A DNA stretch of 63,484 bases, counting the filler, from Squatina squatina (lineage: Eukaryota): assembly GCA_031763465.1 (NCBI GenBank). It is 4 parts of 4 records of this genome, joined end to end, with 100 filler letters (N's around TTAATTAATTAA, not from the genome) between each part and the next. Parts side by side here need not be neighbours in the genome. Positions count along the whole stretch, not along the records: positions 1 to 15,667 come from JARFOE010000234.1; positions 15,768 to 32,506 come from JARFOE010000162.1; 2 more parts are not named here. One strand, given 5' to 3'. A program made the position numbers and the translations under genes. The notes below the pieces were generated by a model. The model made no database searches. It worked only from the letters and a program-made list of their open reading frames with translations, and was not told where the DNA came from. Within the stretch, counting starts at the first letter, position 1. Every line of letters starts with the position of its first letter. Below, in pieces: positions 13,640-24,386 of the stretch.

Positions 13640-13800
13640 TGTAGATTGATAGATGTTTAAATATTAAGGGAATCAAGGGATGTGGTAATCGAGCGGGAAG
13701 GTGGAGCTGAGGTCGAAGGTCAGCCAGGATCTTATTGAATGGTGAAGCAGGCTCGAGAGGCCGAATGGTCTACTCCTGCTCCTAATTTTTATGTTCTATG
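13640..13800 (+). mobile_element. CR1 (HER1-like) 3' tail
   Basis: GATCTTATTGAATGG...GCAGGCTCGAGAGGCCGAATGGTCTACTCCTGCTCCTA is repeated at 17446-17556, 44400-44520, 58390-58625 and antisense at 14720-14815 and 61682-61800. Confidence 0.8.
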
Positions 13801-14486
13801 CTCTGCTGACTTTATAGGGTAAATTTTGCAAATTTATTAATATTTGGATATGCATTGACTGCGTGCATTGCCCTGCAAGTGGAATGGAGCCTCACAAAAT
13901 TACCCTTCTGAGAGTGTTGCCTGAAATACTTGTAATTTTAGGGTTGTTATGGAAATAAGCCGAAGATTTTGAGGCATCAGTGATTTCTCTCACTGATGGC
14001 AGCATTGATAGTTACCTGCTGAGAATCATACACATGCAAATCAAATCAGCAGCTGGCATGAAGGTTCTGATTTGATCATGTGGAGTTTTCAGACAGTCTA
14101 ATTGTTCTGATTTATGGTTATCATTCTTATTTGATGTGTGCGCATGCAAGCAAGCAGTTCTAATTAATGGATTTTCAATTAAAACAACTTTGAATGCCCC
14201 ACTGATTTAAATGACAGTGCAAAACGCATTGCTGTCACTGGTAATACAGAGACGAAGGTGCAGTGCCCCACCCGCCTCAAACAGACAGACATTACATTGA
14301 ACAAATAGCTTGTGCTTTCAGTTTTTCTACCTGGGGCTGTTGTTATTTCAATCCTTTTCCTTTGTGAGAGAGATAAATATTTAAACGACGACAGTAATTT
14401 GTGAAATGGCAGCAAATTTTGAGATGTGGATTGATTTGATACCTGGTACAGATCACATGGAGATGATGCCGCACCCTCCATTATGT

Positions 14487-14577
14487 TAGGGTGACGAGAC
14501 ATCCCGGTTGTGCGAGGACACTCCCGGTTTTTGAGAAAGTGACGCAGTGTCCCGACACTTACCTCAAAATTGCTCAA
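14487..14577 (+). mobile_element. Possible hAT (Blackjack-type) transposon terminus
   Basis: Begins TAGGGTGACGAGACATCCCGG, similar to the TAGGGTGACCAGA..TCCCG TIR of hAT-Blackjack elements. Truncated by a gap. Confidence 0.4.
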
Positions 14578-14719
14578 NNNNNNNNNNNNNNNNNNNNNNN
14601 NNNNNNNNNNNNNNNNNNNNNNNNNNNNNNNNNNNNNNNNNNNNNNNNNNNNNNNNNNNNNNNNNNNNNNNNNNNNNGTGCCAAAAAAGGGAGAACTATA
14701 ACATTTGCAATCCTCCAGT

Positions 14720-14815
14720 CATAGGAACAAAACAATAGGAACAAATGTCGGCCATTGAACCCCTCGAGCCCTGTTCTGCCATTCAGTGAGATCATGGCTG
14801 ATCTCCAACCAAATA
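14720..14815 (-). mobile_element. CR1 3' tail (antisense)
   Basis: GGCCATTGAACCCCTCGAGCCCTGTTCTGCCATTCAGTGAGATCATGGCTGATC is the reverse complement of the shared CR1 tail. Confidence 0.7.
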
Positions 14816-15711
14816 GATTCTGTCTTTGATCTCTCGGTCATTTTTTTCTTTTGAGACATCAGATGGTAAATTCAAAAAGTTGAAATTTATCATTTGCCTT
14901 GTGACCTCATTACATTTGCATTAGCTATTGGTCAGATAATGACACAATCCGGATTGTAGGAATCAGGTGCTCACTTATGGTAATCGCCTGTTGTACTGAA
15001 CCTAAGAAAATAGTAACATGTGGCTTTTAGAAAACAATTTTGTGGNNNNNNNNNNCAATTGGTCACTATTATGAACTGTTGCCTACCTTTCAGAGCAAGG
15101 CAGTGTTTCTTTTGATATATCTGGATTGGGAGGTTTGCATATATAGATTCAGAAATCAAAGAAGATACTCCAGAAGGAACCAAGAAAGAATTTGTCCCCT
15201 CATTATATTGCTCTCACTTCCAGCAGTGACTCTGTGTTGCTGCCTTCTCAGTAGTGGCAGACTTGCCAGTCAAGGCCAGATCCTGACATTTTTCAAACAA
15301 ATGGAACCTCATCAGGATGAATTTCTGAAGTTGAAAGACTGCCCTTTCATTTCTTCAGAAGCCATCCACAGTTCATTGGAGTAACCTTATCAGGATATAC
15401 AGTCATTTCTCCAATCAAAAAGGTTTAAACTTCCGCCTTAATAGACCTGGCCCCAGATGTGTGTGCATTCACCCATATCCATCTTGACACATCAATAGGT
15501 TCTAATTGTGAGTAATATAATCTGTATGCCTTTGTGTTCTCTGCTGGTTTAGTTTTATGTTTATGTTTAGATGCTGGGGGACCAAAATTGATTTGCGCCC
15601 CGTTGGGTTGCTTATGGGGCAGGAGCCGGCATTTCTCGTGCCGGCACCCACCCTGCCCGCAAAATTCNNNNNNNNNNNNNNNNNNNNNNNNNNNNNNNNN
15701 NNNNNNNNNNN

Positions 15712-15723
15712 TTAATTAATTAA
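15712..15723. other. Artificial scaffold linker TTAATTAATTAA (stop codons in all six frames)
   Basis: Centred in a 100-nt spacer (44 N + 12 + 44 N). Identical structure at 32551 and 51199. Confidence 0.95.
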
Positions 15724-15767
15724 NNNNNNNNNNNNNNNNNNNNNNNNNNNNNNNNNNNNNNNNNNNN

Positions 15768-16068
15768 GGCTGAGAACAGAACTTGGGAAAATAAACTGGA
15801 CACCAATATTGGTAAACAAGGATGTAGAACCAAAGGGAAACATTGAAAACAGTGTTCAACAGAGTACAGGGAAAATATATTCCACTAAGGGAGAATACGA
15901 AGAGATTAGGAGAGAAGTCAAAAAAATTAAATTATCAAGAAACATAAAACAAAATTGTAAAATATTTCAGAGCCTCATCAATAAACAAGCAAGGTTGGAA
16001 TGGGAATAGGGCCATTAAGGGATAGACAGGATAATACCACAGGTAACAAGAGAGAGATGGCAGAAATC
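15768..16068 (+). mobile_element. Decayed CR1 ORF2 fragment
   Basis: Reads LRTELGKINWTPIL...EIRREVKKIKLSRNIKQNCKIFQ...IGPLRD...EMAEI, the CR1 region between endonuclease and RT. Confidence 0.7.
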
Positions 16069-16303
16069 ATGGCCCTGAATTTGCGCCCCACTACGGGCAC
16101 ATACGAGGTACGCATACACCCGTAGGAGCCCCACAAATTCCAGGTTTAGGCCTGCGCATGGAGAGTTGGGCTGTTTGCCCAACATCTGCCTAGCGGATGC
16201 ACTTGAAATTCTTACGACTGATAAAAGCAGGCGTAAGTCCTGCTTTTATCAGTGTAAGCTTTTAAAGGACAGAAAAAGACACTTTTTTTCAAAATTTAAA
16301 TAT
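16069..16303. mobile_element. Non-autonomous DNA element with internal hairpin (same family as 6422-7150)
   Basis: Starts GGCCCTGAATTTGCG. Perfect 15-bp stem ACTGATAAAAGCAGG (16217-16231) / CCTGCTTTTATCAGT (16239-16253). Confidence 0.55.
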
Positions 16304-16306
16304 TTA

Positions 16307-17345
16307 GGGTGCCCAATTGGTTGTTTGGCGCTAGCGCTAAATGGGCGCAAAATGGGCGTTAAGGGTCTAACGCCCATTTTTGGTGCTAATTACTAAAATG
16401 TGAAATTGGTGTCAGGTTAATGCCAGCGCTAATCCAGGATCGCTGAAAACATGGCGCTGGGCGTAAAATGGACTCTCTGATGTCATCAGAGGGCGCAGCA
16501 CCCAAAATGGCTGCCCGACAAAGAATTAGTCTTCGTTTTTGAGGTGACAGCAGCCGTTTTTTTGGGCAGTGACACCCAGAATAATTTTGGGCACTATTTA
16601 AGCAGCTGGAAGCAGTAGCTATTTTGTTGTGAAAAATCAGTGACTTGTTGCTGGAAGCGCTTTCTAGTCATTCCGATTGATTCAGAACCTTCCTCTGTAA
16701 GTTTCACAGTAGCTTTTGAGACATCAGTTAATTTGTTGCAAACTCGTTTAAATCGATCATGGGGGCTGCACTGGCAGTGGACTGGGAACATCATCGTCAC
16801 CACCTGAAGTATCTGAGGTACAGGGAGCGGCTCCTCTTGCAAGAGAGAGAGAGGAGGGCACAGCTAAATGAGGGNNNNNNNNNNCCAGCTGCTCATCATG
16901 ATCACACCCAGCAATCCCCTGACTTGCCAGAGCCAGCTCAACCAGTGGTGGCACAGGCAAGACCACTACAGCTTCCTCCGAAAGGGCGGAGGGGAGGGGG
17001 ACATAGAAGGAGGTATGCCCACTGAGTCTTCAGATGCCAGTTCAGTTACCTCCAGATGACAGATGAGCAATGCCTTCGAAAACTCCGCTTTAAAAAGGAT
17101 GTCATCACTGAACTCTGCCAACTCCTACAGGATGATACCAGGGCTTCAACCATTCTGTCTGTGGCCGTGAAACTCACAGTTGCACTCAACTTCTATGCCA
17201 ATGGTTCATTTCAAGGAGCCACGGCTGTCATCTCCAACGTCTCCCATTGCGCAGCCCATTGCTGCATTAGACAAGTCACCAAAGCCACGTATAGGAAAAG
17301 AAGGCGGTACATTTTCTTCCCTTACACCAGCCAGTATCAGCAAGA
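16307..17345 (+). mobile_element. PIF/Harbinger transposon left end plus N-terminal half of transposase (about 16759-17345)
   Basis: TTA followed by TIR GGGTGCCCAATTGG. ORF reads ...RRRYAH*VFRCQFSYLQMTDEQCLRKLRFKKDVITELCQLL...LSVAVKLTVALNFYANGSFQGATAVISNVSH...CIRQVT...YIFFP, the HARBI1-type helix-turn-helix region. Confidence 0.9.
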
Positions 17346-17445
17346 NNNNNNNNNNNNNNNNNNNNNNNNNNNNNNNNNNNNNNNNNNNNNNNNNNNNNNN
17401 NNNNNNNNNNNNNNNNNNNNNNNNNNNNNNNNNNNNNNNNNNNNN

Positions 17446-17556
17446 AAGCAGGGACAGGGTACTGAATTTGGATGATCAGCCATGATCTCATTCAATGGCG
17501 GAGCAGGCTCAAAGGGCCGAGTGGCCGACGCCTGCTCCTATCTTCTATGTTTCTAT
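17446..17556 (+). mobile_element. CR1 3' tail
   Basis: GATCAGCCATGATCTCATTCAATGGCGGAGCAGGCTCAAAGGGCCGAGTGGCC...TTCTATGTTTCTATG. Confidence 0.8.
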
Positions 17557-18789
17557 GGCCGATTTCGAGGATTTAGCGCGGTTCTTTTCATTGGCTGATC
17601 CACAGTGAGAGAATCGGCACAGCTTCACCCAGAGACTGGAAACAGCAATATCTGCCCTAGCCAGCAGGAGGAAACTCTCCCAGGAACCTTAAGTAACTGC
17701 AATGTACCCGGAGATAGCTCACTAACAGCAATCTCACTGGTTTAGACATTCATTTATTCATTGCAGTCAACTCATTACTGAGTTTAACTGGACTATTTTT
17801 CCTCGTAATTTTGCATCCACTTAATCTAAATGACTTACCCGCTGCAGCACAATCGTTTATTGCTGCTTTGAATGTGTACGTTAGGTTCTGCAATATAAGT
17901 CCTTTCAATTCATTTGTACAGTGAAAGTCCCTCCTGTGTAAGCTCATTAGTGAGTCCACAGTTATATATTGTCCCTGTATGGTTATCAGTTCTGGAAACA
18001 TGCTTCTGACTGCTATTTCTGGTACATAAACAACTCAGTGTCAGCACTTTTTAAATACTTTCAAAGTGTTAATTGACCCAGTGGGGGACTTTAGTTTTTT
18101 TGATTACTCATATTTACCTCAGTGCTAAATGTGTCGAGGTTGGTGTTTTTTTTTAATAAGACAAATTAGAAAGGTAAACAATGCATATATTTACATTTCA
18201 TTATTCTCCAGTCAGTTTCAATGAAATTTGGCCTAGTGGCTTCTTTATCTGTAGCAGTGGTTTCATGGCAGTGAGTGAGAGGTGTGCAAGGTGTGCCACA
18301 AGTCCCACAGCACCGAGAACACCTGGTAGATGCGGTTCCACGTCGCTCCCAGGCGTTGTGCCAACCGAGGAAGATTTCAGATCCCACATGAGATTACCCC
18401 ACTCAGTTGGACTCTTTTGGCAGTTAACCCATTGCTCTGCCGATTCTGATCAGACAAGTGCTCGCCAGGCGCTAACAGGGTACAACCGTGAGTTTGCGCC
18501 ACTCTTTTAAAATGATGGCGAGAGACAAAGTTCCATGCNNNNNNNNNNNNNNNNNNNNNNNNNNNNNNNNNNNNNNNNNNNNNNNNNNNNNNNNNNNNNN
18601 NNNNNNNNNNNNNNNNNNNNNNNNNNNNNNNNNNNNNNCAATTTTCATCACACTGCAAAGACATCTCGGACTGTAAAGGTGTCTGGGACAAACATTATAG
18701 AAATGCAGGTTGTTGTCACAGTGCACAGTGACCGCCTCATTCCAAACGTTTCAATCTAATAGTAGGGTTTAGTACGCTCTTCAAGTTAG

Positions 18790-19310
18790 TCATACACCCC
18801 ATTGCATCTCTTTACACCTTCTTTCATAACTTTCTAATGACATTATGCTCATGGATACTTGAGCATTGACACACTCCAAGCTTTACACCACCTCAGGCTC
18901 ATTGCTAAATACTACATCCTTGTTACTGCAAGATTCATTTGAAAGATTCCCATCATTATTCTTAGTTCTTGGATGATTAAGATCACCCATAATTAGTAAA
19001 TCCCCTCTTGTTTTTCTGACACTTTCCTTTGCTTTCAAAGCTTTCCACTCAAATTGAATCAGTCCACCCATCGTCGAAGATTACATCAGCTCTTTTGATT
19101 TCTGTGAGATCCTCTTTTATTAGCAGCCGAGCCTCAATCTATGTTTCCTGTCTCTTTGAAGCGTTTGATATCCGTCTATATTAAAGTCATGTCCATCCTC
19201 AGGCTTTATACTTGTCTCTCTTAATCTGATTATATCTATCTCTCCTTGCACACATAACCTTGAACCTCCAACAGATTGTTCCTCCTGGTGAAACGTGAAA
19301 ACACCTTTGA
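18790..19310 (-). mobile_element. Old CR1-clade APE endonuclease fragment
   Basis: Minus strand reads RNNLLEVQ...DIIRLRETSIKPEDGHDFNIDGYQTLQRDRK...DSI*VE...LLIMGDLNHP (ETW-, GY..RDR- and GDFN-like motifs). Confidence 0.7.
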
Positions 19311-19749
19311 TTTTTCAATGTTCTATTGTCCCCCCTCTGCTTGACACTCCTAGTTTATTTTCAATACCTCACATCGCTCACTGGAGTGACTTGCTCATAT
19401 TTGATTCTTATTTCTATATATTTTTTTCTTTCTTGCCCTCTCTTTAATTCTGGTTAAATATCTCTTGATTTGAAGTTGGTTGGTCCTGGGGCAGTTTTGC
19501 TGTAGTCCATCTCCTGACTTCCCCAAAGCTTATCGCGCTTGTTATCATGCTCTAATCCATTTCTCTTTCATCGGCTGTTGAACCTATTAATCCATTCAGC
19601 ATTTCATCGTCCTTAGCAGTAATGGTGCTGCTCTTCAAGCTCTGTTTTCCACCTGCGTAATTCCTGTCCTTATTTTGTTTTTTTGAGGTGAAACTCCCTA
19701 CTTTTTTCTCGCCTACCCTTGGTTGGTTGGATTCCACCATCCAGAGAAA

Positions 19750-20172
19750 GAAAAACTTGCATTTATATAGCGCATTATCACATCTCTCAGAATATCTCAA
19801 AGTGTATCAGCTACAATGAACTACCTTGAAGTCCAGTGATTATTGTTATGTCAGCAACAATTTTGTGCAGAGCAAGATTGCACAAACTATAATGAGTTGA
19901 AAGACCAGTCAATCTGGGATTTTTTTTAGTGTTGATTGTGGGATGAATAATTGTATGAGATAATTCCCTGCCTTGTTTAAATCATGCCTTGGGATCTTTA
20001 ACACCCACCTGAAACTAAATGGCTTGGCATCTCATCTGATGGCTCCTACCTGCAGCAATGCAGCACTCGCTCAATACTGCACTGGAGCCAAGATTACGTG
20101 CTCAAGTTCCAGGAGTGGGGCTTGAACTCACAAGCTTCTGCGTCCCAGGTGTGAATGCTCCCAGTTGTGCCC
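19750..20172 (-). mobile_element. Near full-length SacSINE1/Deu-SINE (antisense)
   Basis: tRNA-like head with B-box (antisense GGGGCTTGAACTC), Deu core (ATCTCATCTGA...GGGATCTTTAAC) and ACTTGCATTTATATAGCGC tail. Reverse complement of 45165-45377. Confidence 0.8.
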
Positions 20173-20726
20173 AGTTGCCACTTCAAAGCCCTGGGGCAGG
20201 GTTGGCAAAGTGCTGCAATATTTCTGCAAGATGTCCTGAGAGAGAATGGCCCAGCAATGACTCTCAGTCCGATGTTTCCTTGGGGGGCCCAATTGGCTTG
20301 CACTGTGCTACTAACTTGTGAAGCTGAATAAATGTGTTTTTTGTGCGCATTTAGCGCTCAGAAGTTACGCCGGGAAATTCGTCTTTTTTTTTTAAATCTT
20401 TTAGGTGGTGTCTAAATTGAGCTATAAATGAGTGCAATAAAGTTCAGGTGCAGCATTAAATGGGCATGAACGTCTTCATGGGCCCAATTCTTTGCATTAG
20501 TCGATTTGTCTCAATGACTTGCAAGCCCACCTCAACCCTTAAAGGGCCCCATGAAAGTTTGGAAATCAGTGCTTAGATCACTCTGGAGAGGGGAAGAGGA
20601 AGGTGTGTGTTGGTGCCAGAGGCTGTNNNNNNNNNNNNNNNNNNNNNNNNNNNNNNNNNNNNNNNNNNNNNNNNNNNNNNNNNNNNNNNNNNNNNNNNNN
20701 NNNNNNNNNNNNNNNNNNNNNNNNNN

Positions 20727-20797
20727 CTCTCTCTCTCTCTCTCTCTCTCGTCCACAACTTCTTAATATTCTCTCTCTCTCGTCCACGACTTCAATAT

Positions 20798-20835
<38 letters not shown>

Positions 20836-20875
20836 GACAACTTCCTAATATTCTCTCCCTCTCTCTCATCCACTA
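20727..20875. repeat. Compound (CT)n microsatellite/minisatellite
   Basis: CT runs alternate with a recurring unit TC(C/G)AC(A/G)ACTTC..AATATT, three clear copies plus a partial fourth. Confidence 0.9.
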
Positions 20876-21099
20876 TGACCTATATAATCTCCTTCTATTG
20901 GGGTAACAGGGATGCCGAGGTGCATTGTTGATACAGAACTTCAGTATGTGTGCGCCAGTGAAATCACTTCTATCCTTGTCTTCTTTTCCCCCAGACTGGA
21001 TCTCAGTGCAGCTGGTCATAGTCACACATCTCCTTCAGCTTGAATCACTGCTCTTCATCGTTTGCCAATTGGAATTGCACTTTGGCCAGCACTGGGATA

Positions 21100-21445
21100 A
21101 ATCCTCCCCTTGAGGTGCCGACTCCTGGTGAGATACAGCCCCACTGGAACTGGCAGCAATCTGCTACCTCGCTCCGGCGGCCATCCTTGATGTGTGAGCC
21201 TAGTCAGTGAGTGTTAACAGGCTAGACGACAACGGGAGGGCCATACGGCTGAGACCGGTCCCATCCGCACAAGCACATTTTCCAGCAGCGGCGGTGGGGT
21301 CACTGAGTAGCAATGAGGAGTGGGGGCCCTGGCCTCACCTTTTCCCTTCCCTAGCTAAGGCCAGCAAACCGCAATGGCCTCAAGTGCTGCCCCGGGTGAA
21401 GTCAACGCAGACCAGGAATCAAACCTGGAATCTTCTGGATCAGAA
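21100..21445 (-). mobile_element. tRNA-derived SINE, second family (unassigned)
   Basis: Antisense B-box-like GGAATCAAACCTGG. Core CATCCTTGATGTGTGAGCCTAG...TTTCCAGCAG..GGGTCACTG recurs at 27835-28090 (+), 34435-34728, 41120-41250, 43000-43320, 46890-47180 and 49330-49560 (-). Confidence 0.55.
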
Positions 21446-21744
21446 AAGCTTAAAACAAAAACTGCCATCATGTTGAACTCTTCAGGAAACTTCAAAAGCA
21501 CATTCGTGCTGTGCTTGGCATTGAGGTCACGTGTGTATTCCACTGGTTAATTCAAGACCTTTTGCTCCTCACTGGTGATGAATATTCAGTTTAAATTATA
21601 ACACAATTATATCCTTTCATTAGTTATCTTTGAAGCTGCTGATATCTGACTTTCAGTCCGAGCCCCTTAATTGAAGTTTTACCGGCATGATCCTGTATAT
21701 AGATTTGAGCGGATGCCTCGAGGACGGAATTTGGTATTCATGAA

Positions 21745-22540
21745 AATGCTGCACCTCCCTTTCTTCTCCAATGTCTTTGAATGGGTTGTAGCCTCCCAAA
21801 TGCATACCCATCTATCCCGCAACTCCCTTCACATCATTGCCTCTGGTGTCCTCCAAGGAACATTCATTATTCCCCTCCAATTTTTCATCTACATGCTGCC
21901 CATAAGCGACATCATCTGAAGCTGAGACATCAGTTTCTACGTGTACGCTGATGACATCCAGCTCTACCACTCCATCACCTGCCTTGACCCTTCCAATTCC
22001 TGTTTCTGAAAACACTACTTGTCCGACATACACTCCTGAATTAGCCGCAAATTCCTCCAACTGAACATTGGGTAGACCAAAGCAATTGTCTTCGGCCCCT
22101 GCCACGAACACCGTTTCCTTGCCACTGATTCCATTCTTCTCCTGTTCAGAACCTCGTCATGCTAATTGATCCTGAGCTGAGCGTCCAACCCGATATCGTC
22201 TCCACCACTAAGCCTGCCTACTTCCATCTTTGTGACATCGCTCGTTACTGCCCGTGCCTCAGGTTATCTGCTGCTGAAATACTGTTACCTCGAGACTCAA
22301 CTATTCCAATTCTCTCCTGTTCGACCTCCCACCTTCCACCCTCCATAAAGTTCAGCTCATCCAAAACTCAGCTGCCTGTGTCCTAACTCACACCAAGTAC
22401 TGTTCTTCCATCACCCCTGTGCTCGCTGGCCTACATTGGCTCCTGATCTGGCAATGCCTCAGTTACAAAATTCTCATCCTTGTTTTCAAATCCCTCCATG
22501 GCCTCACCCCCTTCCTATCTCTGTAATCTCGTACAGCCCT
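21745..22540 (+). mobile_element. L2 LINE RT/C-terminal fragment with internal deletions
   Basis: LPFFSNVFEWVVASQ...SGVLQG...FFIYMLPISDII...FYVYADDIQLY (YADD box)...SITPVLAGLHWL...YKILILVFKSLHGL. Confidence 0.9.
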
Positions 22541-22544
22541 ACAT

Positions 22545-22692
22545 TTTTTAAAATTCATTCATGGGATGTGAGCATCACTGGCAAGGCCAGGATTTATTGT
22601 CCATCTCTAATTGCCCTTGAGAAGGTGATGGTGAACTGCTGCATTCCGTGTGGTGAAGGTACTCGCACAGTGCTGTTAGGGAGGGACTTCCA
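22545..22692 (-). mobile_element. LINE 3' end (antisense)
   Basis: TGGGATGTGAGCATCACTGGCAAGGCCAG...CTAATTGCCCTTGAGAAGGTGATG is the reverse complement of 30677-30793 and also appears at 56610-56647. Confidence 0.7.
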
Positions 22693-22929
22693 NNNNNNNN
22701 NNNNNNNNNNNNNNNNNNNNNNNNNNNNNNNNNNNNNNNNNNNNNNNNNNNNNNNNNNNNNNNNNNNNNNNNNNNNNNNNNNNNNNNNNNNNAAGGCAGT
22801 CAGCCCAGGGAGACTGAAGTTTCTTTGACCTGCCAGTAGCCTAAGGGTTAAAATAAATACTTCAAAAATCTGTCAGCTAAATTGAGGAAAGAATGCAAAG
22901 GGTGATTGTGACTGGGGCGTCCCATGTAA

Positions 22930-23310
22930 TAATTGGAGCGGAATTATTGTCACTATATATCACTGCATTTTCACCTATAAGCACTGAGCTTGAATCCAGT
23001 AAGATTCAGGGGATGGATGGCTTTCTCTCTTCCAGAAGCAAGTGGTCCAGATTGATGGGATGATCTCTCTTTCTCTTTCGGCTTCTCTCTCTCCCTTTCA
23101 CAATACCGGCCTGGCCATAATTTAACAATAATTGGATACCATCACTCAGAGAGGTCAAAGGAATTGATGGCGCGAGGAGTTGAGATGAGATGCGAGCGCA
23201 GTAAGGATGTTATTCAGAGACTGCAGGTTGTTAAGGAAGCCATTGGGAAACTGACCTGAAAATGCTTTACGCAATCAGTGGGTACAATGGGGACCTTCAC
23301 CTCTCATTAC
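22930..23310 (+). mobile_element. LF-SINE-like element (decayed)
   Basis: TTTCACCTATAAGCACTGAGCTTGAATCCAG and AATTGGATACCATCACTCAGAGAGGTCAAAGGAATTGATGG resemble recalled LF-SINE blocks (CCTTTCACCTCTAGGTCACTGGGTTCAAATCCAG; AATTGGCAC...CAGAGAGGCCAAGGATTGAATGG). Confidence 0.45.
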
Positions 23311-24009
23311 ACCTTCACTGTCCTTCCTCACTTTGATAGCCCATTTAATTAGATTGAATCTATATTTCAGACTAATTAATACTTTATAATATTTATGACT
23401 GAATTTCCCTGCAATCTCCTCTTAAAAATACGCTGTTAATACTAAAGATCCTGTCTTGTGACCCAATATACCCTCAGGTGCTGCATCATAAATCCCAATA
23501 TACTTCCTAACTGGATGTCATAAAGTCAGCATAATTCATCTGAACTCCTTGGTTGGACTAATGCATAGTAAACCACTCAGAGCAGTTCCACTATTCTCCC
23601 TCTTTGTGTCTGGATAAAACCCAAAACTGCTGCACTATCCCTATCATATCACAGATAATGTTAAATTTCTGAAATAAGGAGAATGAAAGTAAAAGCAGGT
23701 GCTTAGGAAATAAACTGATGGAAATGGGGTAGAATTCATCCCTTACAAAGAGAGTCCTCAATGAACATCTGCAGCTGCTACCCTTCACCCAATATGGTTT
23801 ATGTCACATTAAATCTGCCAACATTGAAAGTCCATGAGGGAATCTCCTGGTTTCCCATTGTAACTCTGGCAACAGAGAAATGGCGTAAATGCTGTTTCCT
23901 TGGGATTTCTTCTGATCTCCAATTGAATCAATGGCTGGATCCCAGGAGAATGCCCACAGAATCTCAGTGCTGATGTGTCCAAATCTCGATCCGCAGGCCA
24001 AAAGGAACC

Positions 24010-24386
24010 CTATTTTTGGATTTGCGTGCAGAGGCAGGGGGGATCTGTACAAGCCGGACGGTTACACCTCAGCAGGACCGGGACCAATATCTTCGCAGGG
24101 GGATTTGCTAGTGCTGTTGGGGAGGGTTTAAACTAACTTGACAGGGGGATGGGAACCTGAGAGCGGATTCAGAAGAGAGGGAAACAAAGCAGGAAGTGGG
24201 AGGCAGAAATTTGGAAAGCAGCGGAAACAAAGGCCAGCAGCAAATAGGGGCAAAGTACGGAAAAATGGTAAAAAGGCAAAATTAAAGGTAATTTATCTGA
24301 ATGCACACAGCAGTTACAACAAGGTAGATGAATTGGCATCATAAATAGAAGTAAATGGGTATGATCTAATTGCCATTATGGAGATG
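24010..24386 (+). mobile_element. CR1 LINE ORF1 (SGNH esterase) C-terminus and ORF2 endonuclease N-terminus
   Basis: GRGDLYKPDG(fs)HLSRTGTNIFAGGFASAVGEGLN* (esterase DGxH block), followed by LKVIYLNAHSSYNKVDEL...NGYDLIAIME. Confidence 0.85.

Noticed and set aside
20532-20931. ORFs with RE/SL dipeptide runs
   Set aside because: Translations of the (CT)n microsatellite read through an N gap.
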